Of a DNA stretch of 57,433 bases, positions 34,544-44,958 are shown piece by piece. The translations under genes and the position numbers were made by a program. The first letter of the stretch is position 1. Every line of letters starts with the position of its first letter. The notes beneath the pieces were generated by a model. The model saw only the letters and a program-made list of their open reading frames with translations. It did no database searches and had not been told where the DNA came from. Source of the DNA: a virus (lineage: Duplodnaviria > Caudoviricetes); IMG/VR virus record IMGVR_UViG_3300027903_000008, positions 1 to 57,433 of that record; one strand, written 5' to 3'.

Positions 34544-35284
34544 ATGAAGCCAGCCACGACACCACCGGTGCGGCGCCTGTTCATCCCCTCGCTGGGCTAT
34601 CTACTCTTTGAGGGTGACCTTGCTCGCGCCGATGCACAGATTGTCGCCGCCGAGAGTGGTGACGCGGCCCTTCTGGCCGCATTTCGAGAGAACCTGGACA
34701 TCCACACCGACAACGCGAAGTGGTGTTACAGCAGTCACTTCGTGACTGCGGAGCAGCGACAGTGGAATAAGAATGGCGTCCACGCCGTCGACTACGCCTG
34801 TAAGGCGCGCACCCTCGCTACCACATTACACGTCTCCGTGAGACGCGCCGAGGAATGGATAGACCGATGGTTCACGCTGCACCCGTCTATCCTCGATTGG
34901 CACAAACGAGTCGATCGCGAGCTACGGCTTCGCCGCACCGTGAGCAATATCTACGGCTTCCGCAAATATTACACGGACCGCCTCGACGCTCTGCTGCCGC
35001 AGGCCCTCGCATGGATCGCGTCTTCGACAGTCAGCATAACGATCAATAAGGCACTGTTCCGTATCTACAGCGAGCTGCCGCTCGTGAGGCCTCTATTGCA
35101 GATCCACGACAGCGTTCTCGGGCAGGTTCCACTAGACCAGGCTGACGCTCTCCTACCGTCTATCCGAGAGGCAATGCAAGTCGAGATACCTTACTCTCAA
35201 CCACTCGTCATCCCCGTGACGCTCAAAGTCAGCACCAAATCATGGGGGGACATGGAAACATGGCCGTGGAAGGAAGCAGCATGA
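34544..35284 (+). CDS. DNA polymerase A, C-terminal catalytic (palm/fingers) part
   Basis: VRRLFIP, motif A GDLARADAQ, motif B RQWNKNGVHAVDY, motif C LQIHDS. Confidence 0.9.
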   Translation: MKPATTPPVRRLFIPSLGYLLFEGDLARADAQIVAAESGDAALLAAFRENLDIHTDNAKWCYSSHFVTAEQRQWNKNGVHAVDYACKARTLATTLHVSVRRAEEWIDRWFTLHPSILDWHKRVDRELRLRRTVSNIYGFRKYYTDRLDALLPQALAWIASSTVSITINKALFRIYSELPLVRPLLQIHDSVLGQVPLDQADALLPSIREAMQVEIPYSQPLVIPVTLKVSTKSWGDMETWPWKEAA

Positions 35285-35706
35285 TAGTTACACTGTGTGG
35301 AAGCGTCCGCTTCGAGCAGGACTTCATTGATGCGCAGCGAGAACTTATGTTGCGGGGGATCGCCTGTTACTCTCTCGCTGTGCTACCGTCGCATCGTCCG
35401 AAGGACGAGGCTTGGCAAGATGGCGCGTTCGCGAAGACCATCGCTGATCTCGTTCACTTCGACAAAATCCTTCATAGTGACAAGGTCCTTGTATTAGGTG
35501 ATGGGTATATCGGTCTATCGACGGCGAGAGAGATCGTGTGGGCCGTTCTGCAGAGGAAAGTTATAGTCGAACAGTGGGAGCTTGACGGTAGCCGGGTTAG
35601 TTGGGATGCCATCGTGGATTCCCTCTCTGAGTCTACACCGACGACAGAGCATAGTTATATTTATAAAGAGGCGCTCTCGGTCATGCAGTTTTTGAGTCTG
35701 CGATGA
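35281..35706 (+). CDS. Nucleoside-deoxyribosyltransferase-like Rossmann protein
   Basis: VTLCGSVRF...HFDKILHSDKVLV...GYIGLSTAREI. Confidence 0.6.
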   Translation: MIVTLCGSVRFEQDFIDAQRELMLRGIACYSLAVLPSHRPKDEAWQDGAFAKTIADLVHFDKILHSDKVLVLGDGYIGLSTAREIVWAVLQRKVIVEQWELDGSRVSWDAIVDSLSESTPTTEHSYIYKEALSVMQFLSLR

Positions 35707-35897
35707 TTGTCAGACATGACGCCGAGTGTCCTAAGCGGCTTGAGGCGCATATCGAATGTACGAGCACGCGTGGTTACGCCGTTGTGAACCTATGCCGATG
35801 CAGAGCGGTCCGGCTGCGCGTCAGCCGGTTCTTCAAACGCTTCGCGACGGCCGAAAAGGCGCGGAAAGCCTTGACCGCCGCCCCGGACGGGGCCTAA
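35703..35897 (+). CDS. Small basic Cys/His protein
   Basis: ATGA coupling. Confidence 0.5.
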   Translation: MIVRHDAECPKRLEAHIECTSTRGYAVVNLCRCRAVRLRVSRFFKRFATAEKARKALTAAPDGA

Positions 35898-36024
35898 CCT
35901 CCCGCTTCGCGGGAGCCGAACGAAAGGCCCACAAAGCTTGCCGAATCAGCCACCCCAATCCACCGGCGAGCGTCGCACGATCTCGTCGATAGTCCCCCCC
36001 AACAACCTCGACGATCTATGAGAA

Positions 36025-37305
36025 ATGCCGCGGCATTTCCCAGACTGGATCGAAGCATACATGTCTCTAGTGCGAGGCAAGACAGAAGCGCCAGAGGTAT
36101 ACTCTTGGTGGTCTGCCGTCGCAACGATCGCCGCCGCGCTGACGCGCAGCGTGTGGATAGACGAAGTCCGCTACCGCTTCTACCCTAACTTCCTTATTGT
36201 CTTAGCTGCACGCCCCGGCGTCGCAAAGAAGTCCACGACCATAGACGAGTGTGTCGGCATCCTCCGCGACATGGACATCAAGCCGTCGCTCTTCGGTCCA
36301 CAGGAGACTACTTGGCCGGCACTATGTGAGAGTTTCGCAAAGCACACGCATAGGCGTCCAGTCGGCTCCGCCGACCCAGCCGCGCTAGACACTGAGTTCG
36401 ACGTACAGTGCGCAATGACCCTTTGCCTGCGCGAGTTCGGGACGTTCCTCCGCCCTGGCGACCGCGACATGATCAACGGCATCACGGACCTATGGGACGG
36501 CGGCGACCGGGTCTATATCAAGTCCACGAAGACCAGCGGCGTAGACACGATACAGAACCCTTTCCTAAACATCATCGGCGCCGCCACAGCGCAGTGGCTC
36601 CGCGACAACTTCCGTGAGTTCGCCGGTTGGGGCATCGCTTCGCGAATAATCTTCGTCCACAGCGACGCCGACCCGACGCCAATATGGAGCCCAAGCGAAC
36701 TGATAGACAGCACTTCGTGGCAAAACACCAGGTCACGTCTGCAAGATGATCTCCGTGACATAATGTTACTGCGGGGGCCGTTCTGCTTCGCCGCCGACGC
36801 GGCGAACCGTGCGAAGGTGTGGTACGAAGATGTAATGCGCACTGCGTCAGCTTACGCCCGTACCGAAGGCGCGGACACATGGGTCTGTGACTTCCTCGCC
36901 CGCAAACAGGTACATGCGCACAAGCTCGCGATGATCCTCGCCGCTTCGCGACGTACGGACCTAACGATCACACTCGCTGACTACGAAGATGCTATAGTCC
37001 GAGTGGAAGCTATAGAGAGCGAGATTCGTCGTATCTTCGCTATTACCCTAGTGCCGTCGCCCGCCGCCGCAATGGAGCACGCCATCTTTGCCGTGGTGAA
37101 GGGTGAGCTGTGCAATGGATTAGCTGGCACGGCGAGCCGGCGGTACATCTTCAACCGCATAGCCGCTTACGTTGATGGAGGCACAGCCGACCGCATGCTC
37201 TCTAGCTTCGTACGCCGTGGAGTTCTACACGAAGAGGTGAACAGGGAGGGACCACAGATCATCCTTTCAGAGAATGCCGACGAAATCTTCAACCACAGAC
37301 ATTAA
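36025..37305 (+). CDS. DUF3987-like replicative helicase/ATPase
   Basis: TEAPEVY, YPNFLIVLAARPGVAKKST, EFGTFL, LWDG, NPFLNIIGAAT, GIASRIIFV. Confidence 0.8.
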   Translation: MPRHFPDWIEAYMSLVRGKTEAPEVYSWWSAVATIAAALTRSVWIDEVRYRFYPNFLIVLAARPGVAKKSTTIDECVGILRDMDIKPSLFGPQETTWPALCESFAKHTHRRPVGSADPAALDTEFDVQCAMTLCLREFGTFLRPGDRDMINGITDLWDGGDRVYIKSTKTSGVDTIQNPFLNIIGAATAQWLRDNFREFAGWGIASRIIFVHSDADPTPIWSPSELIDSTSWQNTRSRLQDDLRDIMLLRGPFCFAADAANRAKVWYEDVMRTASAYARTEGADTWVCDFLARKQVHAHKLAMILAASRRTDLTITLADYEDAIVRVEAIESEIRRIFAITLVPSPAAAMEHAIFAVVKGELCNGLAGTASRRYIFNRIAAYVDGGTADRMLSSFVRRGVLHEEVNREGPQIILSENADEIFNHRH

Positions 37306-37318
37306 GGGAAGGATCTAC

Positions 37319-37519
37319 ATGTCAATAGATAGAACGCCAGAAGACTTCGCGATAGAGTATGGGGAGTATCTCGCTGAAGCAGCCGAACGTTTTCTGTCCG
37401 TCCTCAACGTAGGCAACAAAGATCTAGACGATGACTGGCGTTCTCTAGAGAACGCGATCCATGAGTTTCGCAAGAGGAGAGCAAGATGTATGACCAAAGG
37501 GGGAGAGAGTGAGCAATGA
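37319..37519 (+). CDS. Hypothetical protein
   Basis: RTPEDFAIEYGEYLAEAAE...AIHEFRKR. Confidence 0.65.
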   Translation: MSIDRTPEDFAIEYGEYLAEAAERFLSVLNVGNKDLDDDWRSLENAIHEFRKRRARCMTKGGESEQ

Positions 37520-37953
37520 ACATAAAAGCTGGTGTCTGCGATGGCAAAGTCTACGTCGAGTTTGAGAATGGTGACCGTACTCGCCTACTGCTCTCACCTG
37601 AGACAGCGATGGAGCTCGGCTCATTCATCTGCGACGCTGCCCGCCGCATTGTGGCTTCGCCACAACTTACCGACAGTTCAACCCTTCATACCACGGAACC
37701 TCACAAACCGGCTGCTTCGCAGTCGTGGATCGAAGATCGACGGCTGCCTCCCACGTCAAAGAAGTCGTACAAATGTGTTCGTGACGGGTGTACATCGAAG
37801 CCCACAACGCACCACTTCTATCTTATGGACGAGGGGTATGTGTGCAGCGATCATTTGCCGCCGCCCGACGCGTCGAAGTTCCTCGTGGGGCAGCCGCCGA
37901 GCGAGAGGAAGGCAGCCGAAGCTGCGGCTGCGGCTTCGCCGCAGAATGGCTGA
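37516..37953 (+). CDS. Hypothetical protein with zinc-binding motif
   Basis: CVRDGC...VCSDH. Confidence 0.6.
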   Translation: MNIKAGVCDGKVYVEFENGDRTRLLLSPETAMELGSFICDAARRIVASPQLTDSSTLHTTEPHKPAASQSWIEDRRLPPTSKKSYKCVRDGCTSKPTTHHFYLMDEGYVCSDHLPPPDASKFLVGQPPSERKAAEAAAAASPQNG

Positions 37954-38149
37954 GTTCTGGGTGCAGCCTCTCACTCTCGCGCAGGTCGACACGATAGCGC
38001 AGCGGCTCCATCGCGGACAGTGGAAGCGGTGGAAATGGAATTTTGGTCGCGGAGCGACCAAGGCAGCAGATTGGGGTTACAACCCCGGCGCACCCACCGA
38101 AACACCTTGCTTTTCTAGCAGCCCCACTGCTAAGAAAGGGAATGGATGA
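37946..38149 (+). CDS. Hypothetical protein
   Basis: MAEFWVQPL...; overlaps the upstream stop. Confidence 0.45.
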   Translation: MAEFWVQPLTLAQVDTIAQRLHRGQWKRWKWNFGRGATKAADWGYNPGAPTETPCFSSSPTAKKGNG

Positions 38150-38312
38150 CCAGCGTTTCAACGGCTCCGCCGCTACCGATCATGACGCTGAGGCAGTGCT
38201 CGCTACGATGATGCTGAGCGATCTGGCACGGCTGTTCCCTCACCACGCTCGTCAGCTGGCAGCGGCGAAGCCGCTGCTGCCGAGGAGAGACAATGCCGAC
38301 GATCTCGAATAA
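38142..38312 (+). CDS. Hypothetical protein
   Basis: AAGGG RBS; MDDQRFNG... Confidence 0.5.
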   Translation: MDDQRFNGSAATDHDAEAVLATMMLSDLARLFPHHARQLAAAKPLLPRRDNADDLE

Positions 38313-38463
38313 GGTTGTAGCCTCCACGCTGAGCGGAGCCGTGGTCACGATCCTCGTATGGGCCATAGAGCTCTTCGGTGTGACCGTGCCAGGGGAGGTT
38401 GCGGCGGCGATGACGACTGTGGTCGGCGGCCTCGCCGGTTACATCACCCCGCATCAACAATAA
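38293..38463 (+). CDS. Holin-like two-TM protein
   Basis: GAGGAG RBS; NKVVASTLSGAVVTILVW...PGEVAAAMTTVVGGLAGY. Confidence 0.7.
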   Translation: MPTISNKVVASTLSGAVVTILVWAIELFGVTVPGEVAAAMTTVVGGLAGYITPHQQ

Positions 38464-38488
38464 TGGCTTGCTGCGCTCGCATTATCAT

Positions 38489-38857
38489 CTAACCCTCCGA
38501 TGCCCGCACGAAGCACATCGGCGTGGACACTCCATATGAGTTATGGACACAAGCCACCGGCCGTCCCGTCGGATTGTCGACCCGATCCAGAACCTTCTCC
38601 TTCTTGAAGAGCACCCACTCCCCGTGGAACTTCACTTCGACTGAGCCTGGCTCCGCTCCGCTCCGGTAGTCATCCACCTGTTCACAGTCATGGTGCTCAG
38701 CGCAGCATGAGAGGCCACTGCCGCCGTAGATGCCTCCTGTGGAGCCGGGCATCTTGAGCGATCGGTAGAAGTCGGCCCAGAGCTCACCGTCGTCGTGCGC
38801 CAAGGCTGGCATCCCCGACAGCATTACGCCTAGCAGAAGCAACGCCCCGATGCACAC
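38489..38857 (-). CDS. Secreted Cys-rich hypothetical protein
   Basis: Signal peptide ending ALA-HD; SCC...DC...NPTGRPVAC...CF. Confidence 0.7.
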   Translation of the reverse strand: MCIGALLLLGVMLSGMPALAHDDGELWADFYRSLKMPGSTGGIYGGSGLSCCAEHHDCEQVDDYRSGAEPGSVEVKFHGEWVLFKKEKVLDRVDNPTGRPVACVHNSYGVSTPMCFVRASEG

Positions 38858-39042
38858 AGCTGCGCGAGATGTCCCTCGTCTCCTATGGTGGGCTTGGTCT
38901 TGGGCGAGGCCCTCTTCGGCACCGGTCGCTCGGTGAGGCCGGTACGCAGGAAATAATGGTAGTCCGTCTGACATTTCCGACACCAGCGTTGCCCCGGATG
39001 CCGTGGGCGCTCCTCGCACTTTGAGCATAGCCTCTCACTCAT
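38830..39042 (-). CDS. Zinc-finger protein
   Basis: LCSKC...QRWCRKC. Confidence 0.6.
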   Translation of the reverse strand: MSERLCSKCEERPRHPGQRWCRKCQTDYHYFLRTGLTERPVPKRASPKTKPTIGDEGHLAQLCASGRCFC

Positions 39043-39134
39043 TGCAACAACAGGCACACAACACCTACCCCCGCGAAGTAGAAAAACAGCCCCACGACGC
39101 ATCCAAAGAAGAAGGTCTTAGCTGGCTCGATCAT
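39039..39134 (-). CDS. 31-aa transmembrane peptide
   Basis: MIEPAKTFFFGCVVGLFFYFAGVGVVCLLLQ; ATGA-coupled on both sides. Confidence 0.5.
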   Translation of the reverse strand: MIEPAKTFFFGCVVGLFFYFAGVGVVCLLLQ

Positions 39135-39469
39135 TTTCTCGGCTGCGACGTATAGCCGTCGGCCCCTAGCTTGACCCTTACGTCCGTCAGCACATCGGTC
39201 AGTCGGGTGAGGCCGGCCCGAAACTCGGCTGCGGATTGCCCTAAGCTCGCGCGGATCTCGGCCTGAAACGCTACGTCCGAAGCCCGCTGCGCCTCGAAGT
39301 CGCTGCGCATAGCTGCAACGCGCAGCTCATGACCAGCCACCGCAACCTGGAGGCTCTGCACGGCCGAGAAGTTCCACGCGAACAGCGACAGGAAAACAGC
39401 GCCGAGGACACCCAGAAGAATTTTCATCTTCCCGTTCGGAAATGACTCCACCGTCAGAGTCTCCGACAT
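39131..39469 (-). CDS. Single-TM coiled-coil membrane protein (lysis-associated?)
   Basis: TM segment ILLGVLGAVFLSLFAW followed by a heptad-like region. Confidence 0.65.
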   Translation of the reverse strand: MSETLTVESFPNGKMKILLGVLGAVFLSLFAWNFSAVQSLQVAVAGHELRVAAMRSDFEAQRASDVAFQAEIRASLGQSAAEFRAGLTRLTDVLTDVRVKLGADGYTSQPRK

Positions 39470-39504
39470 TGTTGTCACGGGGAGCGTCAAAATCTCGTCA
39501 GAGG

Positions 39505-39765
39505 CTAAGGGCGTTCCACGAGGGAGTATCCGTAGGCGAACTTACCTAAGATTGCAACTGGAGCATCGACCTGTAGCAGACGGCGGCGCAGGTAGAAGAT
39601 TGAGACGCGAACCGAAGAGGCGTCCCGCTCAGCGGCCACGTGTCTCCCCCAGGCCAAATGTAGGAGGGTCTGCCATCTTACCCATCCAGGCCGGCGACGC
39701 CACAGAATACCAAGGATCTCCAAGCCGGTCCCTCTGATCGGAACGACCTTGTCACCGACCTGCAT
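39505..39765 (-). CDS. OmpR/PhoB-type winged-helix domain protein
   Basis: LWRRRPGWV...LAWG...SVRVSIFYLRRRL...YGYSL; the true start may be further upstream. Confidence 0.75.
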   Translation of the reverse strand: MQVGDKVVPIRGTGLEILGILWRRRPGWVRWQTLLHLAWGRHVAAERDASSVRVSIFYLRRRLLQVDAPVAILGKFAYGYSLVERP

Positions 39766-39844
39766 AAAGTTCGCGGACGCCTGAACGAACGGAGGAAAAT
39801 CCCTCGGGTGCCGTATCTCGTCGAGACATCGCTCGCACAGCAGG

Positions 39845-40102
39845 TCAGTGGTCCTCGAAGGGTATCATGCCCGCCTCGCGCGCTCGCGCCAGTGCCCGCA
39901 TGTAGTACGCGTCCTCCAAACCACATCCGGCGGACTTTGCCGGCTCTGCCGGCATAGGGGCGTCTCCCCATACCCACCCCCAACCACAACATCGGTCGCA
40001 CGACTTCGGCCCGTACGGCGCCAAAGGATCGCCCGCCGGCCGCGGCACCCGGCACGTACCCTTGCACTCCGGGCACTGAATTTTCACTCGACCCAACTTC
40101 AT
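39845..40102 (-). CDS. DnaJ-type zinc-finger mini-protein
   Basis: CPECKGT...CDRCCGWG. Confidence 0.65.
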   Translation of the reverse strand: MKLGRVKIQCPECKGTCRVPRPAGDPLAPYGPKSCDRCCGWGWVWGDAPMPAEPAKSAGCGLEDAYYMRALARAREAGMIPFEDH

Positions 40103-40104
40103 AC

Positions 40105-42657
40105 TCAGTGCAGATGGAGGCCAGTAAGGGCGCTGCTCACGTTTACGTGATAAAACTGTAGCTCAGTTACGCCTGCCGGTAGTGGCGTAGGCACGGCAGG
40201 ATGAAGTGCACGCATCTGGGTAAGCGCCGTGGTCAGGAACGCTGGGTCGTAGGTCCCTTGCTCCGCAATCGGCGAACTCGTCGAGCCCGGCGGCGGGTTA
40301 AAGGTTGATTGCCCATTGAGAAGTTCGCTCGTATCCGCCGGGCTCGATGTATCGCTGAAGAACGTCGAAGACGGCCCGACCATGCCGATGCCGGCGACTT
40401 TCCCGCCCGTGCCGTTGCCAGTGATGTGAGTCGTACCGTTAGAGAACAACCCAGTGAGGGCCGCGACGCCTTGGAAGTTATTGAGCGCGAGGGCGACCTG
40501 ACCTCCCGGTGCGGTCATGTTCACCGCAGAGCCGGCATAGGTGAAAGCGCTAATCCCGGTAACGTTGGCGACCAAAACAGTCTCGGGTGTACCTTCGGCC
40601 CACACGGCGACAAGACTGACATGGGCTCCATTCGAGACGCCAAAATTCTGGTAATCGTTCGCGATAGACCCACCCCAAACGTTAGTCGTACCGCCCTGCC
40701 AATTGCCAGCTGCGGCTTGCGCACCCCCAGTTATAACTGTGCTAACCGTCCCCACTGCGCTCGCCGCCACTGCGAAAAGACTATGAATTTCAACCTGTGT
40801 GTAGTCAAGAGCGTCGACAAAAAGATTGGTCTGAGACGATGAGAGAAGAGGCTCAAGTATGAAGACGCGGCTGCCGACTTGATCGACATTGGTCGCCTCG
40901 ATGCCATTGGCGATATTGATCCCGTTGACCAGAAAATCACGTAAGATACACTTGTTGGGTCCGATGAGCTTGATCACCGGCCCAGACGATGCCCCATTGG
41001 CCCAGTTGAGCGCGGAATAATAGCCGTCACCGATTATCTGAATGCCACTGTTGACAGTGGCGGGGACAGTGATAGTTGAGGTCAGACTATACGATCCCAC
41101 GGGAATATGGACAACCGGATGTACGGATGATCCGGTCTGCTCGGCATTCGCGGCGTTCGTTACTCCCTGTTGGACGGAGCAAGGGGCAACCGTAGTACAG
41201 GCCGTGCCGGACCCGGTTGGAGATGTCTCGAAGACCGTGCGACCGAGGTTCGGCGGCGTGCCCGGCAGGATAGGTGGGCGCGGGTTGATCGCAGCGCGAG
41301 GGACTACCTGGTCGTCTATCGAATGGCCGTGGAAGCCGACGCCGGACGCATTGAACGTTTCCGACGGCGTGATAGTAAAGATGTTCCCGATCGAGAACAG
41401 ATCTCCATAGGACGTTGCAACTGGCCCAGTTGTGCCGGTCAAGCTCCTAATTATATTGTCGATGAATACAACCGGGCCGTAGTCTACCTCGAAGAGTGCT
41501 CCGTTCGTGACCACCGTCGTATCAAGAACCGTATTGCCTTGAATGACTACACCGTTCGATGAGTTTGAGCCACCCCCGTACCAGAAACGGTTGGACCCCG
41601 ACGAATAGTTGTCCATGATATCGAAGGCGCCAGTATTCCCATAATTCATATCTGCGAAGGTCGAACCTTGGAAGATACTGTTGAGCACATGAAAATTACC
41701 AGCCCCTGGAGAGTTGGAGACACCAATGGCATTATTCTGAAAAAGTGAATACCATACAAACATGTTCAGCGCATTAAAGTTCTTCATCAATATACCATAA
41801 GATGTATTATTGATGAACTTCCCTCGCAGCATCGAGGTCTCGGAGCATCCAAAATCTATATTGCCACAACGGACCCCAATACCAACGTTTTCAAATACAT
41901 CGTCGGAGTATTCATTGGCGGTATCAAAATTACTGCTCGTATTATCTGACTTGGACTGATCAACAGCGACGACAGCATTGCCTTGACCATTGAAGGTTAG
42001 GCGTGCAAAACGCGAATAGGCGTTCCCGTTGAGGTAGAGCATAGATTCGTTGACGCTCGTCATCGCCTCCGGTCCAATTGTCAGCGGTATAGAGCCATTA
42101 TTAGAGTACGGGGCAATTTTATAATTGTTGCCTCCAAGATTAGTTACGACCACGGTAGGGTTCGGCACTCCCGTTCCGGTAAGTCTTTGCCCTGACTGTA
42201 TAGTCCCGCTGACGCCCGACACCGACAATGTAAAAACGCACGAGGAGGGACATCCCGTCGTAGAGATCGTGCCAGTGAAGTTGGCAGCGGCCACAGCCGA
42301 GTTTCCAGCCCACAGGATAGCCGTGGTAGCCGGATCGGCGCCGATGAGACTAACGTACAGTTGGGCCGCTAGTGTCAAAGTCGAGGTGATCTTATATGTA
42401 CCAGCCGGGAAGTACAGGACTGGCTGAGAAGAGCTAAGCCCATTGAGACACGTTTGGATCGCAGCCGTGTCGTCGGTCGTGCCGTCCCCGACGGCGCCAC
42501 AGGCGGTCTTGACGTTCCTCCAGCTCGGAAACGGCCCGACGAACTCCTCGTCGCTCACTTGCGGCGTACCGCCGAGGATGACATATCCATTGGCTGCTAG
42601 CGCAGCCAATAGGAGACTTGCTGCCGCCGCTACGGTTATGACGAGCCTGCTTGTCAT
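40105..42657 (-). CDS. Pectate_lyase_3-like double beta-helix tailspike/depolymerase with N-terminal signal-like segment
   Basis: [31 protein letters not shown], second repeat [10 protein letters not shown]. Confidence 0.85.
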   Translation of the reverse strand: MTSRLVITVAAAASLLLAALAANGYVILGGTPQVSDEEFVGPFPSWRNVKTACGAVGDGTTDDTAAIQTCLNGLSSSQPVLYFPAGTYKITSTLTLAAQLYVSLIGADPATTAILWAGNSAVAAANFTGTISTTGCPSSCVFTLSVSGVSGTIQSGQRLTGTGVPNPTVVVTNLGGNNYKIAPYSNNGSIPLTIGPEAMTSVNESMLYLNGNAYSRFARLTFNGQGNAVVAVDQSKSDNTSSNFDTANEYSDDVFENVGIGVRCGNIDFGCSETSMLRGKFINNTSYGILMKNFNALNMFVWYSLFQNNAIGVSNSPGAGNFHVLNSIFQGSTFADMNYGNTGAFDIMDNYSSGSNRFWYGGGSNSSNGVVIQGNTVLDTTVVTNGALFEVDYGPVVFIDNIIRSLTGTTGPVATSYGDLFSIGNIFTITPSETFNASGVGFHGHSIDDQVVPRAAINPRPPILPGTPPNLGRTVFETSPTGSGTACTTVAPCSVQQGVTNAANAEQTGSSVHPVVHIPVGSYSLTSTITVPATVNSGIQIIGDGYYSALNWANGASSGPVIKLIGPNKCILRDFLVNGINIANGIEATNVDQVGSRVFILEPLLSSSQTNLFVDALDYTQVEIHSLFAVAASAVGTVSTVITGGAQAAAGNWQGGTTNVWGGSIANDYQNFGVSNGAHVSLVAVWAEGTPETVLVANVTGISAFTYAGSAVNMTAPGGQVALALNNFQGVAALTGLFSNGTTHITGNGTGGKVAGIGMVGPSSTFFSDTSSPADTSELLNGQSTFNPPPGSTSSPIAEQGTYDPAFLTTALTQMRALHPAVPTPLPAGVTELQFYHVNVSSALTGLHLH

Positions 42658-44516
42658 GGGTTCACCGTGGCAAACACTGTGATTTGACCGCTGGCGCTGC
42701 CACTCAGCCAGTTCGACGGGTTGGTAACGATGATCCCAATTCGTTCGCCCGGGTTGAGGGCCGCTGTAGTCACGGTGAGCGTTTGGCTCGTAGCAGCCGC
42801 GCCGTTGGCGTTGAAGCTACCGGTGTGGAGTACCGTCCCGGAGCCGATAGGCACGCCGCCAATCGCTTTGTAGACGCTCATCGTGCCGGCCGTCAACAGT
42901 GGAGTCTCGACGGTAGCGATAATACCTTGGATGGTCATCGCTTGGGTAATGTAGCCAATGAGAGCTCCATTGGGGTTCTGTCCAGGTAGCCAACCGATGA
43001 TGAATGGTATCCGTACCGTGCTTGCGGCAGCCGCCCCGGTCGGCCCAGTGACGCCAGCGCTGCCCTGCACGCCAGCTGTCCCGGTAGGCCCAGTTACGCC
43101 CTGCGCGCCTTGTATGCCGGCGGAACCTGTAAGTCCTCTTGGGCCGGTAGCACCGGTAACGCCTGTGGCGCCAGCTGCGCCAGCCACACCGGCCGTGCCG
43201 GTAGGCCCAGTGCCGCCGGCTGGGCCTACCACGCCCTGCGCACCGGTAGGACCGGTAGAACCTGTAGGACCACCTCCGGTCGGACCAGTCGCGCCCACGC
43301 CGGGGCCGGTAGGCCCTAGCATGCCGGTAGGTCCTGTCGGCCCACCACCGGTAGGCCCGGTCATACCGGTAGTGCCCATAATACCGGTAGCACCCGTAGG
43401 ACCGGTGTTTCCAGTAGCGCCCATCACGCCTGTGGGACCAATAGCGCCGGTCGGCCCTGCCGACGGTCCTGTCGGGCCGGTAGGTCCGCCTCCGGTGGGA
43501 CCGGTAGAGCCAGTGGGTCCTCCGGAGGGGCCGGTTACACCTATGCTGCCGGTCGGACCAGTATTGCCGGTCACGCCTGTCGCGCCAGTGACGCTCGCAC
43601 CAGTGGCGCCTACGGCGCCAGTCGCGCCTGTGACACCGGTCGGACCAATGACACCGGTCGCACCGGTGGCGCCTACGGCGCCAGTAGGTCCAGTAGGCCC
43701 AGTAGGGCCGGTGTTTCCGCCTACGCCTTGCGCACCCGCTGGGCCGGTCGGTCCATTGGTCGGACCTGTCGGTCCGGTAACGCCGATCGGACCAGTTACA
43801 GTAGAGGACGCTCCGGTCGGACCCGTGTTGCCGGTAGGTCCAGCATTGCCCTGTACACCGGCGCGACCGGTAGGTCCTGTCACACCTATTGCGCCGACTG
43901 GCCCAGCCGCTCCGGTCGGTCCTGTAACACTCGCGCCGGACGGTCCCGTCACTGTAGACGCCGCGCCGGTCGACCCAGTCGGTCCTGTACCTGCCGGCCC
44001 AGTATTCCCTGTCAAGCCGAAGGGACCAGTCGGTCCCGCGTTGCCGGTCGGTCCAGTCGCACCAACACCCGGCCCAGTAGGACCAGTAGGACCCATCACG
44101 CCGGTCGGCGCACCACTCGGCCCTGTAGCGCCCGCGGCGCCAGTCGGACCAGCCGCGCCAGTCAGACCGGCCGTACCGGCTACGCCAGTAGCACCGGTAG
44201 CACCAGCCGCGCCTGTGGCACCAACTGCACCGGTAACACCTGCACTACCGGTAGGCCCACCACTGCCAGTCGGCCCGGCAGCGCCGGTTGGCCCCGCTAC
44301 ACCCTGCGGTCCAGCCGTACCAGTCGGCCCCGTCGTACCACCAGCTGGTCCAGTCGGCCCCGTTGCACCGCCAGGCCCACCGTCCGATATATACCCATCG
44401 GTATCCCACACCGCGACATGGCTCGGAGTTACACTGCCAGCCTGTCGTACTGGTGTGCCCGTACTAGTACTTGTTGCGAGCTGTGTCACGAGCGCGGGAC
44501 TTTCATTTTGGGGCAT
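42654..44516 (-). CDS. Long collagen-like (Gly-X-Thr) fibre protein
   Basis: About 450 residues of GPT/GAT/GVT triplets with interruptions; globular C-terminal domain. Confidence 0.9.
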   Translation of the reverse strand: MPQNESPALVTQLATSTSTGTPVRQAGSVTPSHVAVWDTDGYISDGGPGGATGPTGPAGGTTGPTGTAGPQGVAGPTGAAGPTGSGGPTGSAGVTGAVGATGAAGATGATGVAGTAGLTGAAGPTGAAGATGPSGAPTGVMGPTGPTGPGVGATGPTGNAGPTGPFGLTGNTGPAGTGPTGSTGAASTVTGPSGASVTGPTGAAGPVGAIGVTGPTGRAGVQGNAGPTGNTGPTGASSTVTGPIGVTGPTGPTNGPTGPAGAQGVGGNTGPTGPTGPTGAVGATGATGVIGPTGVTGATGAVGATGASVTGATGVTGNTGPTGSIGVTGPSGGPTGSTGPTGGGPTGPTGPSAGPTGAIGPTGVMGATGNTGPTGATGIMGTTGMTGPTGGGPTGPTGMLGPTGPGVGATGPTGGGPTGSTGPTGAQGVVGPAGGTGPTGTAGVAGAAGATGVTGATGPRGLTGSAGIQGAQGVTGPTGTAGVQGSAGVTGPTGAAAASTVRIPFIIGWLPGQNPNGALIGYITQAMTIQGIIATVETPLLTAGTMSVYKAIGGVPIGSGTVLHTGSFNANGAAATSQTLTVTTAALNPGERIGIIVTNPSNWLSGSASGQITVFATVNP

Positions 44517-44540
44517 ATTTCATGTTCTCGGCCTACTCCC

Positions 44541-44942
44541 TCAATGCATAAAATACCAAGTGGCGTCGGCCGCGCGACAAAGGTACTCCTGCGACCCACC
44601 TCCAGGATTAACCCCAAAGGGAACGACCACAGAGCTGCCTCCCGCGGCTGTCAACGTCACGACGCCGAGCTGCTGCATCTCTGTGAAGAGGGCGAAAAAG
44701 CCGTCGCTGCCCAGATCGCAGGCAGGGAGAACGATGGTAAGGTTCGTCAACGGACCTGCCGGATCGATGATGACAGACTCGAATGGTACAGTCTGTGGCG
44801 ATAGCATTATAACCATGCCACCATCAATCGGCTGCACGTAGGTATAAGACGAGTCTTGGTCCGCTACCGAAGTCAGAGGTTTTGCGTAGACCGAGTATGA
44901 CAGCAGCAACAACGATGCCATCAAAAGAATGAATTTGCGCAT
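44541..44942 (-). CDS. Signal-peptide-bearing structural-region protein
   Basis: MRKFILLMASLLLLSYSVYA; mature part IIDPAGPLTNLTIVLP...TWY resembles fibre C-terminal domains. Confidence 0.7.
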   Translation of the reverse strand: MRKFILLMASLLLLSYSVYAKPLTSVADQDSSYTYVQPIDGGMVIMLSPQTVPFESVIIDPAGPLTNLTIVLPACDLGSDGFFALFTEMQQLGVVTLTAAGGSSVVVPFGVNPGGGSQEYLCRAADATWYFMH

Positions 44943-44958
44943 AAGGGCTCTCCTTTCT

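Noticed and set aside
42958-44841. 627-aa plus-strand Pro/Val/Gly ORF (similar ones at 14944, 44966 and 55541)
   Set aside because: These are antisense shadows of collagen or Gly-rich genes; the repeat codons lack stops on the opposite strand.
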